IMG/VR virus record: IMGVR_UViG_3300022562_001652 | Coordinates: 32,001 to 96,000 of that record | Length of the DNA stretch: 64,000 nt | Direction: 5' to 3' (one strand) | Origin: a virus | Part shown: positions 55,202 to 63,130 of the stretch, piece by piece | Layout of the letters: every line of letters begins with the position of its first letter | How positions within the stretch are numbered: the stretch's first letter is position 1 | The notes under the pieces: generated by a model | Told to the model about the DNA's origin: nothing | The model's input: only the letters and a program-made list of their open reading frames with translations | Databases searched by the model: none | Translations under genes and position numbers: made by a program

Positions 55202-55882
55202 CTACTCCGCTGCTTCCCGAGCGGCCTCCTCCAACTCGGAAACCGCCTTGTCCAGAATGTCGGTACCTTCTTCTGCGCCCCCCTTCGCTGTCGTCGTGGA
55301 AGTAGCCGTTGTCGTGGTCGGCTTGGGCTTACCCTTCTTGCCATACCGCATCGGCGACTTCGGATCGTGGACACCGGGGAGGTAAACACCAGGAGGTGTT
55401 TTGGCCGCGTCGGAAGATGGGGCGACCGGCGTCATGGCACGCATCACGAACTCGTCGGCTTCTTCTCTCGTCGTCACGGCGCGGACTCGGTTCGGAAGCT
55501 TCTGCCAGAACCCATCGCACACGAGACTACGCGCGACAGTGCCACAGCGACACGCCTCCTCCGAATAGAAACCGCCGCCGTCTGAGTGCCGTGGGCAGTG
55601 AGAACGCATGAGCGTCTGAAGATCAGACACGATCGACTTGACCATTCCCAGGTGCTTGTCGCCCAAGTGCTCTATCAGGCTCTTCGGGGTCTGCGGCGTA
55701 TACGGTGCGAATGATCGCAAGGGATCACTTCCCGTTCCACACCCAGCCGGCTGCTGCCCTACGGCGCAGACTCCGCTCATGCTCTTGTTCGCCTCGTAGT
55801 GCAGGCAGGATTCGCACTTCCTGTTGGGAAACACCGTACGAGAGAGCATCCCCTGTCCCGAAATACCTAGCAGCATCGTCAT
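55202..55882 (-). CDS. Cys-rich hypothetical protein upstream of the portal
   Basis: CESCLHY...C...C and CPRH...CRC clusters; AAGGAG. Confidence 0.7.
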   Translation of the reverse strand: MTMLLGISGQGMLSRTVFPNRKCESCLHYEANKSMSGVCAVGQQPAGCGTGSDPLRSFAPYTPQTPKSLIEHLGDKHLGMVKSIVSDLQTLMRSHCPRHSDGGGFYSEEACRCGTVARSLVCDGFWQKLPNRVRAVTTREEADEFVMRAMTPVAPSSDAAKTPPGVYLPGVHDPKSPMRYGKKGKPKPTTTTATSTTTAKGGAEEGTDILDKAVSELEEAAREAAE

Positions 55883-55893
55883 CGTCGTACTCC

Positions 55894-56316
55894 TTAGGAC
55901 GCCTCCCCGACAAGGGCGACGTAGAAGCTCGCCGTCTCTGTAGACGACGGATTCGTGACATGAATAGAGCTCAGACTCCCCGTCAGAAGAAACAAGCCGG
56001 GCTGGTCATAGCGCTGAAGGTTCGACAAGATGTCTGAGGCAACGACCGCCGGCAGCGCGCTGATGGGTATGCTCGCTTGTCCTATCCCGTCTAGCTTCAC
56101 CTCGATATCCTGGTACGCCAAGATCAGAACGATCGAGGCGTCGGTCACTGCTCCAAAGGGAACGGCATAGTCCGCCTGCGCGGCTACCAGCGTCTGTCTG
56201 TGAGAAGAGAACGTGGAAGAGCTCGCATCGTCGATCGCCCACTTCCCCTTCAGCAAGGCGTCGAGCTGTTCGTCGTCCTCTGAGATCAGTGCTCGTATCT
56301 CGACGAAGCTGCGCAC
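55894..56316 (-). CDS. probable virion beta-sandwich protein; paralog of 10695..11096
   Basis: GAGG before GTG; similarity seen by eye. Confidence 0.65.
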   Translation of the reverse strand: MRSFVEIRALISEDDEQLDALLKGKWAIDDASSSTFSSHRQTLVAAQADYAVPFGAVTDASIVLILAYQDIEVKLDGIGQASIPISALPAVVASDILSNLQRYDQPGLFLLTGSLSSIHVTNPSSTETASFYVALVGEAS

Positions 56317-56493
56317 TTAGAACCTCTTCCGAAGATCGGAGTCGTCGACGATCTTCTTGGTGATCTCGCCACCCCCACCCTTCGACAAAGACCCGCACTG
56401 CGGGCACGACGATGTAGAGGACAACCACCTGTGTCCGCAACTTGGGCACTCTCTCTCGTAGTGCCTGCTGCTGTTCTTCTTCTCTTCGCTCAT
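56317..56493 (-). CDS. 58-aa zinc-ribbon protein (CPSC...CPQC)
   Basis: Manually translated MSEEKKNSSRHYERECPSCGHRWLSSTSSCPQCG...; ATGA overlap with the upstream gene; below the ORF-track cutoff. Confidence 0.7.
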   Translation of the reverse strand: MSEEKKNSSRHYERECPSCGHRWLSSTSSCPQCGSLSKGGGGEITKKIVDDSDLRKRF

Positions 56494-56795
56494 CTTGGCC
56501 TCGTAGGAGGAGGCGGTATTTTCCCATCACGGCGCGCGTTCTCGACCGCCTCTCTCCTCTTGCTCTCGATCGCGTCCCGCTCCTTGGCGTACTTTTCCGA
56601 AGGATCTTGGAGTACTTCCTCCTCTAGCTGGCCTATGAGCTCTCCGCCAGAGATTCCTTCACCACGGCGCTTCCTGAGCTCGGCGAGCTTCTTCTTCTCC
56701 GCTTGGTGTCGTGCCTCGAAGGCCTCTTCGTCCGCCTCGCGCAGCTTCCCGATCAAGGCTTCGAGAGACACGTACTCAACTTCTGGCTCCTTCAC
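56490..56795 (-). CDS. charged helical hypothetical protein
   Basis: 101 aa, coupled on both sides. Confidence 0.65.
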   Translation of the reverse strand: MKEPEVEYVSLEALIGKLREADEEAFEARHQAEKKKLAELRKRRGEGISGGELIGQLEEEVLQDPSEKYAKERDAIESKRREAVENARRDGKIPPPPTRPR

Positions 56796-57094
56796 GGAGA
56801 ATCTCCTTTATCCTTGGAGGATACCACGATGCGCTCGACCACGCGTCGCTTCCGCGCGTACACCCGATTCACACACCCACAAGAACGCGCGACCGTCTCC
56901 CCCATGGCCTTGCCATCTCGTGAAGGAACGACGGCGGAGAACACCCCACGGCCGTAACACGTGCGACACTTCTGATCAGCGTTCTCCTTAGGGTCAAGGG
57001 AGAGACCGAGCTCGTCGCGAACCCGAATTTTCTTCCCGTTAGGAAGTAGGGACTCTTGATTGGGAGGGCCTATGTTCAGAGAGACCTTGCTCAT
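56792..57094 (-). CDS. CxxCxGxG...CxC zinc-finger protein
   Basis: CRTCYGRG...CGC; ATG 57094 coupled to the dcd stop. Confidence 0.65.
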   Translation of the reverse strand: MSKVSLNIGPPNQESLLPNGKKIRVRDELGLSLDPKENADQKCRTCYGRGVFSAVVPSRDGKAMGETVARSCGCVNRVYARKRRVVERIVVSSKDKGDSP

Positions 57095-57651
57095 GTTCCT
57101 TCTTCCTTCAAGAAGTTCTCCCACATCCGACTCGAGATCGGTTTGGGATCCGAAGTACGAGCCCCTTGGTACTTCGCGTCCGACTTGACGCCGTACGGCC
57201 TGTCCACGACGCCCTCCACCGTCATCCAGTAGATCTGTCCGATGGGCATCTTCGGATAGACACGAACACACTGGACTACGCTGATCTCCATGGTCCAGTG
57301 CCCGCAGAACCCGACGTCTCCTCTGCCGGCCGTGGCGTGGATGAAGATGCCGAGGCGGCCAGCAGAAGACTTCCCGTCCAGAAACGGGACGAAGTCGTGC
57401 GACTCCGTGTATTCCTCCGTGACGCCGAGATAGATCCTGCCCGGATAGAGAATGGTCCCCTCATCCGGGATCTCGAAGAGGAAGACCTCGTTGTTCTTGG
57501 CCGCGTCGATGAGCCCGGGATCGTACATGAGAAGATTGCGCCCGAGCCGAACGTCGTAGCTGTTCGATCCCAACCGTTGTGGGTCGAAGGGCTCTACGAC
57601 GATCCTGCCTTTGTCGATCTCTTCTCGGATCCTGCTATCTGAGAGAATCAT
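57091..57651 (-). CDS. dcd: dCTP deaminase
   Basis: MILSD, SYDVRLG, GKSSAGRLGI, GDVGFCGHWTMEI, IGQI, KYQG. Confidence 0.92.
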   Translation of the reverse strand: MILSDSRIREEIDKGRIVVEPFDPQRLGSNSYDVRLGRNLLMYDPGLIDAAKNNEVFLFEIPDEGTILYPGRIYLGVTEEYTESHDFVPFLDGKSSAGRLGIFIHATAGRGDVGFCGHWTMEISVVQCVRVYPKMPIGQIYWMTVEGVVDRPYGVKSDAKYQGARTSDPKPISSRMWENFLKEEGT

Positions 57652-58343
57652 GAAAGCCACCCCCTCTTCTCCAAAACGAGCAGCATCTCGTTCACCGTCT
57701 CGTCAGGGTTGTTGCGCTCAGTATTCACGTACGCCACCTTGTCCACAGCCCCTGCTTCTTCGAGCCGGCTGCTGTAAAGGGCGTAGTGTCTGTGGGTTCT
57801 TTCTAGTAGGTCTTCGTCCTTATCAAAGGAAGAGAGGTTTCCCCTTCCCTGCATCCTGTCCTTAGTAGCTTGGGGTGATGCCAGCAGAACAAAAAGCAAA
57901 GTGGTGTCTGGAACCAAAGTAAAAGGATCATCACCACCCGACCTTAAAGCCCTAGGAACGATGTTCCTAAAAACACGGTGCACTACAGACGACCACCACG
58001 CGCTACCTTGATACACGTAGCTGGTCGTCAGCGGGTGTCGATCGCAGATGACGACCCCTCCCTCCTTCAAGAAAGGGTTGATGTGCTTGAAGTGCTCGTC
58101 GAGTGCGTCTGCGACTAGCAGATGCAGCATGGCGGCATCGTGGAAGCATGAGGGGGAGCTACCACCACCCGTGGACAACTTTTCCCGAATCAACTTCCCG
58201 ATCGGACTATGCTTCGTAGGAAAGTGAAAAGCCTTTACCAGGATCTGCTTCTCTTGAATCCTCTCCACCAGACCGGCTACGGCGGTCGTCTTGCCTACCC
58301 CGTCTGGGCCATCGACGATCATGAATCTGCGATTACCCTGCAT
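57648..58343 (-). CDS. tmk: thymidylate (dTMP) kinase
   Basis: DGPDGVGKTT P-loop, FP, VICDRH..TSYVYQG. Confidence 0.88.
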   Translation of the reverse strand: MQGNRRFMIVDGPDGVGKTTAVAGLVERIQEKQILVKAFHFPTKHSPIGKLIREKLSTGGGSSPSCFHDAAMLHLLVADALDEHFKHINPFLKEGGVVICDRHPLTTSYVYQGSAWWSSVVHRVFRNIVPRALRSGGDDPFTLVPDTTLLFVLLASPQATKDRMQGRGNLSSFDKDEDLLERTHRHYALYSSRLEEAGAVDKVAYVNTERNNPDETVNEMLLVLEKRGWLS

Positions 58344-58370
58344 CTGAAACCTCCTCTTCTGGTGAACGAA

Positions 58371-58379
58371 AGGCTAGCA
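58371..58379 (-). promoter_or_regulatory. extended -10 promoter TGCTAGCCT for tmk-dcd
   Basis: Intergenic, upstream of the GAGGAGG SD. Confidence 0.4.
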
Positions 58380-58456
58380 CTTTTCGCCTAAAACAGCTAC
58401 GAAACGTGTACCTTGTTTTTTCACCTAAAACCGCGAACATGCTGAGAAAATAGTTG

Positions 58457-58485
58457 TTGACATTTTATTAAAAATATGCTACATT
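58457..58485 (+). promoter_or_regulatory. strong sigma70 promoter TTGACA-N17-TACATT with extended TG
   Basis: Perfect -35, 17-nt AT-rich spacer, TGC-TACATT. Confidence 0.85.
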
Positions 58486-58499
58486 TCAGCTTGCTGAAA
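58484..58499. promoter_or_regulatory. palindrome TTTCAGC-TT-GCTGAAA over the -10/+1 region (candidate operator)
   Basis: Perfect 7-bp inverted repeat. Confidence 0.45.
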
Positions 58500-58905
58500 A
58501 GGTGGCGGAGCCACGGTTGGTGCAGCGGTCTCCCGGCAGGGAGGCCCTGGACAACCAACCACTCCTCGTAAAAGAGATCAACACAACCAAGCAAAAATGA
58601 AGAAGCGACAAGGTCGAGCTCCGCGAGACCGTCTTCGCTTCTTCATTCGCGAAGCGAATCTTCGCGCTCCACGAGGAAGAAAAGCACGGAGCAGACGGCC
58701 AAAGCTCTGTGTTCTCACGAACACGATCCTACAACCCCTGTGGACACTGTCTCATAGAACGTGTGAAGTAGGACCCACGTAGCTCCTACCCCTCGCCAGT
58801 CTGCCTCTTTCCTCCCTCCCCCTTTCCTCTCGTATCGGCTCGTGTATAACGCTTGTTATAACTTGGTCTGCTTTTCCCCTGATCCTGGAAAAAGCGGAAA
58901 GGGAG
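58492..58905 (+). ncRNA. candidate structured non-coding RNA (~320-410 nt)
   Basis: At least seven consecutive stems downstream of the promoter, including a perfect 13-bp helix; G.U pairs favour the + strand. Confidence 0.6.
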
Positions 58906-58914
58906 CTCTTTGAG

Positions 58915-59220
58915 TCAGGGTTTGCGCAGACAGCGCGCGTCCGCGATCGCTGCTCGAGCAACGAGCAACCGGACGTTGAAGAGGAGGGCAGCGTGTTGCC
59001 CGGCGTCGTAGCACACCTCGTCAGGAAGACACTTCTTAGCTAGACACGTTTCCAGGGAGTCGTCGTCTTCGCATGCGTGCGGCTCGCCGACCGGGAGAAG
59101 GTCGGCGAGCATCGGCATATCCAGGCAAGGAAGAGTCTCGGTACGCACGACCACGCTAGGTGGGGGACATGTCTTGCAACAAGCCTCTAGGAGCAGGGTC
59201 ACCAGAAGGAGAGCTCTCAT
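58915..59220 (-). CDS. o-spanin (Rz1-like lipoprotein)
   Basis: Signal peptide MRALLLVTLLLEA-C, Pro/Cys-rich; overlaps the i-spanin end. Confidence 0.65.
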   Translation of the reverse strand: MRALLLVTLLLEACCKTCPPPSVVVRTETLPCLDMPMLADLLPVGEPHACEDDDSLETCLAKKCLPDEVCYDAGQHAALLFNVRLLVARAAIADARCLRKP

Positions 59221-59561
59221 GGAGAGTCCTCTTCTTTCTTGGGCCATAGAGAGGCCATCTCCTTTGCCTGCTGCTTGGCGTTCGCGCTCATGTTGCTCTT
59301 CAGGATCTCTTGCAGCAGAGCGTCGGCTTTCGCAAAGGCTGCCTTGTTTCTCTTCTCCTCTTCTTCCTTTTGCATCTCTGAGTCCAGGAGCTCTTTCTCC
59401 AACGTAGCGAGGTTCTCACGCATCGATCCGATGCGTGTGTCACGCTCAGACAGCTCCTTCTTCAGGCTCTTCTCGTCCGACAAGCTGATACGCCACAGGA
59501 CGAAAAAGAATCCGGCGAGCACCCCGCCTCCCAGGAGGCTCACCAGGGTATAGACGCTCAT
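59217..59561 (-). CDS. i-spanin (Rz-like)
   Basis: N-terminal TM plus long coiled coil; follows the holin. Confidence 0.7.
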   Translation of the reverse strand: MSVYTLVSLLGGGVLAGFFFVLWRISLSDEKSLKKELSERDTRIGSMRENLATLEKELLDSEMQKEEEEKRNKAAFAKADALLQEILKSNMSANAKQQAKEMASLWPKKEEDSP

Positions 59562-59980
59562 GGGCTCGTCTTGGCGAACCCACGCGCGATGGTGTAGCCG
59601 AGCGCCACCAGCGTAGACTGCGCCAGAGCAAAGGCCTGCGCGACAGGTCCGTCGGTCGGCATGAGGCCTGAAGTCGCCGCCAAGCCTACAGCCAAGCTCA
59701 CCACAGTGAGCCAGAACTCCGTCGTCTTGTACCCAGGCCCTGGCTCGTCCGACTCTCCGTGCTTCACCAGGCCGCGAACCATGGTGTAGCCGAGCGTGGA
59801 CAGCATCATCGTGACGAACGCGATGACCTGTCCGACGACGCCGCTGTCGCTGAGCAGGTGGTTGGCTCCGAGCAGGCCCAGGACGGCGGCCAGCACAGTT
59901 AGCCAGAACTCCGTCGTCTTGTATCCTGGCTTGATGGGTGCTTCTTCCGTAGAAGAGGTCGTGAGAGTTTCAGATGTCAT
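59558..59980 (-). CDS. holin, internally duplicated (2 x 64 aa, 4 TM)
   Basis: PGYKTTEFWLTV and LGYT..RG..K each occur twice, 192 nt apart. Confidence 0.75.
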   Translation of the reverse strand: MTSETLTTSSTEEAPIKPGYKTTEFWLTVLAAVLGLLGANHLLSDSGVVGQVIAFVTMMLSTLGYTMVRGLVKHGESDEPGPGYKTTEFWLTVVSLAVGLAATSGLMPTDGPVAQAFALAQSTLVALGYTIARGFAKTSP

Positions 59981-59991
59981 TTTTTCCTCCT

Positions 59992-60291
59992 TCAGTCGTA
60001 CTTCTCTTCATCTGCGTGTCGAGATAAGGTTCTCTTCTGCTCGTATTTCGCATGAACATCTTCGACGATCTTCGTCACTTCATTGAACATCTTCTCCTGT
60101 AGGTCAGGTAGGTTTCTGTCCCCACGACCCACGTACACGACGACCTCGAGGTGATCAGGAGACAGGCGCAGCTCGAACAGCCTCATCGTGGCTACGAGCT
60201 CTCGCACGATGTCTCCGGCCTCGTCGGAAGTCAGTTCCCGCCGCCACCATAGAGGACGCACGACGATGTCTAGCCTCGGTAACATGCTCAT
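59992..60291 (-). CDS. hypothetical protein
   Basis: 99-aa ORF; TGCTATTAT upstream. Confidence 0.6.
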   Translation of the reverse strand: MSMLPRLDIVVRPLWWRRELTSDEAGDIVRELVATMRLFELRLSPDHLEVVVYVGRGDRNLPDLQEKMFNEVTKIVEDVHAKYEQKRTLSRHADEEKYD

Positions 60292-60320
60292 TTTGGCTTT
60301 GCTCCCGTCGTTTCGGGCTC

Positions 60321-60329
60321 ATAATAGCA
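60321..60329 (-). promoter_or_regulatory. extended -10 promoter TGCTATTAT for the lysis operon
   Basis: Located in the divergent intergenic gap. Confidence 0.5.
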
Positions 60330-60381
60330 CGCGTTCTCGAAAGAGGGACGTTCGTCAAAAAGAGAGAAGAGGGAGGACGAT

Positions 60382-61281
60382 ATGAAAATCATCGACAAGC
60401 CGCAAGTGTTCCTGATCGCGTCTCCGACCCTGCGTTGGCAGGGTATCGAGAGGTATCTGGCAGAGGTAGGAGGAGAAGCATGGGAAGAGCAGAAGGTATT
60501 ATCGGAGGAGTCTGGTCTAAATGAGCCAGAGGCAGAGACTCTCGTCGAGTTCATGGGGCGGGTCTGCTACCGAAGCTGGAAACCAGGACTGAACGCTAAC
60601 GTGACGAAGGTGAGGACGGACACGAAGGAGTATCTTCATAACGTCCTGAAGAGTGGGCACGGCCGCCTCCTCGAGCACGCGAACTTCAGTTTCGTCTTCC
60701 ACAACGTCTCTCGAATTTTGACACATGAGCTGGTTAGACATAACGTCGGTACGGTGTTCGCGCAGGAGTCGATGCGCTTCGTCAGGCTCACCGACATCCC
60801 GTTCTGGTTTCCTGAGTGGGCTCTTTGTGATGAAGAGTTGAAGAAGCACGCCTACGATCTCCTACAACACATGGAAACCTTCCAGCTCTGGATGGCGAAG
60901 CACTTCGAGCTCGACGAAAAGGAGATCACCTGCCCGAACTGTGGGGGGAGTGGGAAATGGGAGATGGGGTGTGTGCGAGAGTCCTGTTCTGCGTGCGGCG
61001 GCTCCGGGAAGTTCGCCAACAGCTTTGCTAACAAGAAACACAAGACATCCTTCATGCGTCGATTCGCCCCTCAGGGCGTAGCCACCGGTATCGGAGCTAC
61101 GTTCAACATCCGAGCGTTACGGCACATCATCTACATGCGGACTGCGCTGGCCGCTGAGGAAGAGATCAGGTTGGTCATGGACGATGTGGCTGAGATCGTC
61201 CTACATGAGGTGCCGAATCTCCTGCAGGACTACTCTCCGAATGAAGACAGGGAGTGGATCCCTGAGTTCATGAAGGTGTGA
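60382..61281 (+). CDS. thyX: FAD-dependent thymidylate synthase with a DnaJ-type zinc-finger insertion
   Basis: GRVCYRS, GHGRLLEH, SRILTHELVRH...QESMRF, NIRALRH, AEEEIR. Confidence 0.92.
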   Translation: MKIIDKPQVFLIASPTLRWQGIERYLAEVGGEAWEEQKVLSEESGLNEPEAETLVEFMGRVCYRSWKPGLNANVTKVRTDTKEYLHNVLKSGHGRLLEHANFSFVFHNVSRILTHELVRHNVGTVFAQESMRFVRLTDIPFWFPEWALCDEELKKHAYDLLQHMETFQLWMAKHFELDEKEITCPNCGGSGKWEMGCVRESCSACGGSGKFANSFANKKHKTSFMRRFAPQGVATGIGATFNIRALRHIIYMRTALAAEEEIRLVMDDVAEIVLHEVPNLLQDYSPNEDREWIPEFMKV

Positions 61282-61484
61282 AAATGGCACTGTACCCAAG
61301 CCGAAGCCTCATCCACAAGTACATGGGACCACCCGATTCGTGCTCTAAGTGTTGCGGGATGGGGTGGTACCCAGACGAGGTCGGCGATCGGTACTGCGAC
61401 TGCGGTACAGAGAGGAAACGTCTAGATAAGAAATGGGAAGAACAAAAGCTTCGAGAAAAGGAGAAGAGGCAGCGTGGCAGCTAG
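61278..61484 (+). CDS. small CxxCxGxG...CxC protein
   Basis: GTGA coupling to thyX; CSKCCGMG...CDC. Confidence 0.6.
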   Translation: MKMALYPSRSLIHKYMGPPDSCSKCCGMGWYPDEVGDRYCDCGTERKRLDKKWEEQKLREKEKRQRGS

Positions 61485-62152
61485 CCGACCTTTCGACCGC
61501 GCGACAGGCTTCGTAGCTGCTCGAGTTTCACCCTAGCCCACACCTTGTTCCTCTTCCCTGGCGCCAGGTGTTCGTCCCAGAAGGCGCCACACTCCTTCTT
61601 CAGACGCTTGATCAGGAGGTCGTCTCTAGGCACGGGGAAGACCTCTATGTCTCCCCCACCGAGGAGGGCGACGACAGTGATTTCGGAGTAGCCGAGCACA
61701 GCCATCTGCCACTGGCACTGGACGGCTACATACTCGGGTACCTTCTTTCCCCAGTCCCAGTGGCTGAGTTGCTTCCACCCCACGCACTTGATCTCGATGA
61801 CACGCGCCTGTTCCTCAGGGATGGGTTTTCCCTTTCGATAGGTCTCGCTGCCCGTTCTCAGCACGTAGAAGTCTGGCGTGGTCGACATCCATTCGTTCGC
61901 GATCACGGTGTAGCCACCTACGAGAGATACCCCTTCTATCTTCCCTAGCTCTAGCGCCAGTTCTGCTACAGGACGTTCCAGCTTGTGACCGATCTTGAAG
62001 GCGTCTTTCTCCTCTGACTTCTTCGGGTCGAGCTTCCTCTCCAGGACCTGACTTCCAGAGGACCACGGGCTCATCCCAACGATAGACGGCACGTCCGAGC
62101 TCCCTACGGTCCACTTTCTCTTCTCTAGCTCTGCAGGACTGAGCATACCCAT
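61481..62152 (-). CDS. YqaJ/lambda-exonuclease family recombination nuclease (start may be 62146)
   Basis: GSSDV....G.SPW, GHKLE, TPDF, IEIK, VPEY..QCQWQM. Confidence 0.88.
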   Translation of the reverse strand: MGMLSPAELEKRKWTVGSSDVPSIVGMSPWSSGSQVLERKLDPKKSEEKDAFKIGHKLERPVAELALELGKIEGVSLVGGYTVIANEWMSTTPDFYVLRTGSETYRKGKPIPEEQARVIEIKCVGWKQLSHWDWGKKVPEYVAVQCQWQMAVLGYSEITVVALLGGGDIEVFPVPRDDLLIKRLKKECGAFWDEHLAPGKRNKVWARVKLEQLRSLSRGRKVG

Positions 62153-62501
62153 GATGATACACGATCTTTTAGTCGAAACGGCGTTAGCTTTTTTTGGCGA
62201 AAAAAGACCTTGCTACCTGTTGGAAGGAGAGCTACTCTTCACGTTGAAGATGGCCGTGTATGTAGCCTACAGAGAACGAGGAAAAGGGCCGAAGAGACTG
62301 GCCAGGCAGAACGCTTTGGAGCTGCGCCAGGAGCTCCGCACGTTCGCGAACACGACGTGGACCGTTGCTCGCTACACCACCTCCTCGTGGAAGGAGGAAA
62401 CGTTGTGTCGTCTTTTTGAGAACCCGCTAAAGGTCGAGGCTGACGACGTCGAGCGCTACGACGTCTCCTCTTCTGGCAGAATAAGGAGGGTGTACGAATG
62501 A
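62151..62501 (+). CDS. hypothetical protein (true start probably 62244 or 62250)
   Basis: First gene of the + strand small-gene cluster. Confidence 0.55.
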   Translation: MMIHDLLVETALAFFGEKRPCYLLEGELLFTLKMAVYVAYRERGKGPKRLARQNALELRQELRTFANTTWTVARYTTSSWKEETLCRLFENPLKVEADDVERYDVSSSGRIRRVYE

Positions 62502-62523
62502 CGACCCTCCTGGAGAAGAGAGA

Positions 62524-62760
62524 ATGAAGCGAAGACTGCGCATCTCGACCACGAAGCCGAAGGAGCTAGGAGCTCTGATTCGTAGTCTTCGAAAGGATCT
62601 TGGCCTCTCCCTCAGAGAGGTGGCTGAGAAGACGGGGATGGGCACGGCTCACGTGAGCCGGATCGAGCTCGGCCAATCGGTTCCCACGGTGAGCACGCTG
62701 AACCGGCTTGCTAGCGTGCTCAAGGTCAAGTGGGTGCTGGTAGCTAAGGAGAGGAAGTGA
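62524..62760 (+). CDS. XRE-family HTH transcriptional regulator
   Basis: IRSLRKDLGLSLREVAEKTG....HVSRIELG...PTVSTL.RLA. Confidence 0.9.
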   Translation: MKRRLRISTTKPKELGALIRSLRKDLGLSLREVAEKTGMGTAHVSRIELGQSVPTVSTLNRLASVLKVKWVLVAKERK

Positions 62761-62885
62761 GGAAAGTTCGAGATTGGATCGGGTACGTGTTGATCCGGTT
62801 CGGACTCAAAGTCCTCCCGGCCAGCAGGACGAAGGAAGAGCTCTACATCGTCTTCGAACTGTGGAAAGGGGATGATGATGCATGA
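62757..62885 (+). CDS. 42-aa hypothetical protein (MRKVRDWIGYVLIRFG...)
   Basis: Manually translated; GTGA and ATGA overlaps at both ends. Confidence 0.6.
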   Translation: MRKVRDWIGYVLIRFGLKVLPASRTKEELYIVFELWKGDDDA

Positions 62886-63130
62886 GTGGGCGCCGTAGAA
62901 GACGGGTCTGGGGGAAAGTCTTTCTGAACGAAATTCCGTGCAACAAAACCTGGAGCGCGTGGGTGTTCTGCCCGAATCCAGACTACGAGCTGTACAACAG
63001 GTACGATGTTGTCTTTCTGGCTTCTCTAGGAAACCAGACGGCACAAGAAGCGATAGATAGGGTCGGCAAGTTGTTGGAGAGAGACAGACAGAAGATCGAA
63101 GAACTCAGAGAGAGGAGAAGGGTACGATGA
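62882..63130 (+). CDS. hypothetical protein
   Basis: 82 aa, coupled. Confidence 0.6.
   Translation: MSGRRRRRVWGKVFLNEIPCNKTWSAWVFCPNPDYELYNRYDVVFLASLGNQTAQEAIDRVGKLLERDRQKIEELRERRRVR

Noticed and set aside
10695-55882. Many late genes end in TAG, and about half have the next gene in frame, suggesting amber recoding (code 15) or systematic read-through
   Set aside because: Genes are full length under code 11 with no internal TAGs. The junctions are mostly TAGGAG-N6-start or GGAG-TAG-N3-start, so overlap of the stop with the SD and normal spacing explain the frame bias.
3025-57865. Numerous long + strand ORFs (e.g. 3025..4164, 34240..35415, 38940..40040, 47266..47916)
   Set aside because: These are antisense shadows of GC-rich minus-strand genes, with no motifs or SDs.
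58597-58782. 61-aa Arg-rich ORF downstream of the strong promoter
   Set aside because: It has no SD, its ATG is buried in a 13-bp stem, and its composition reflects the hairpins; it is not fully excluded without ribosome profiling.
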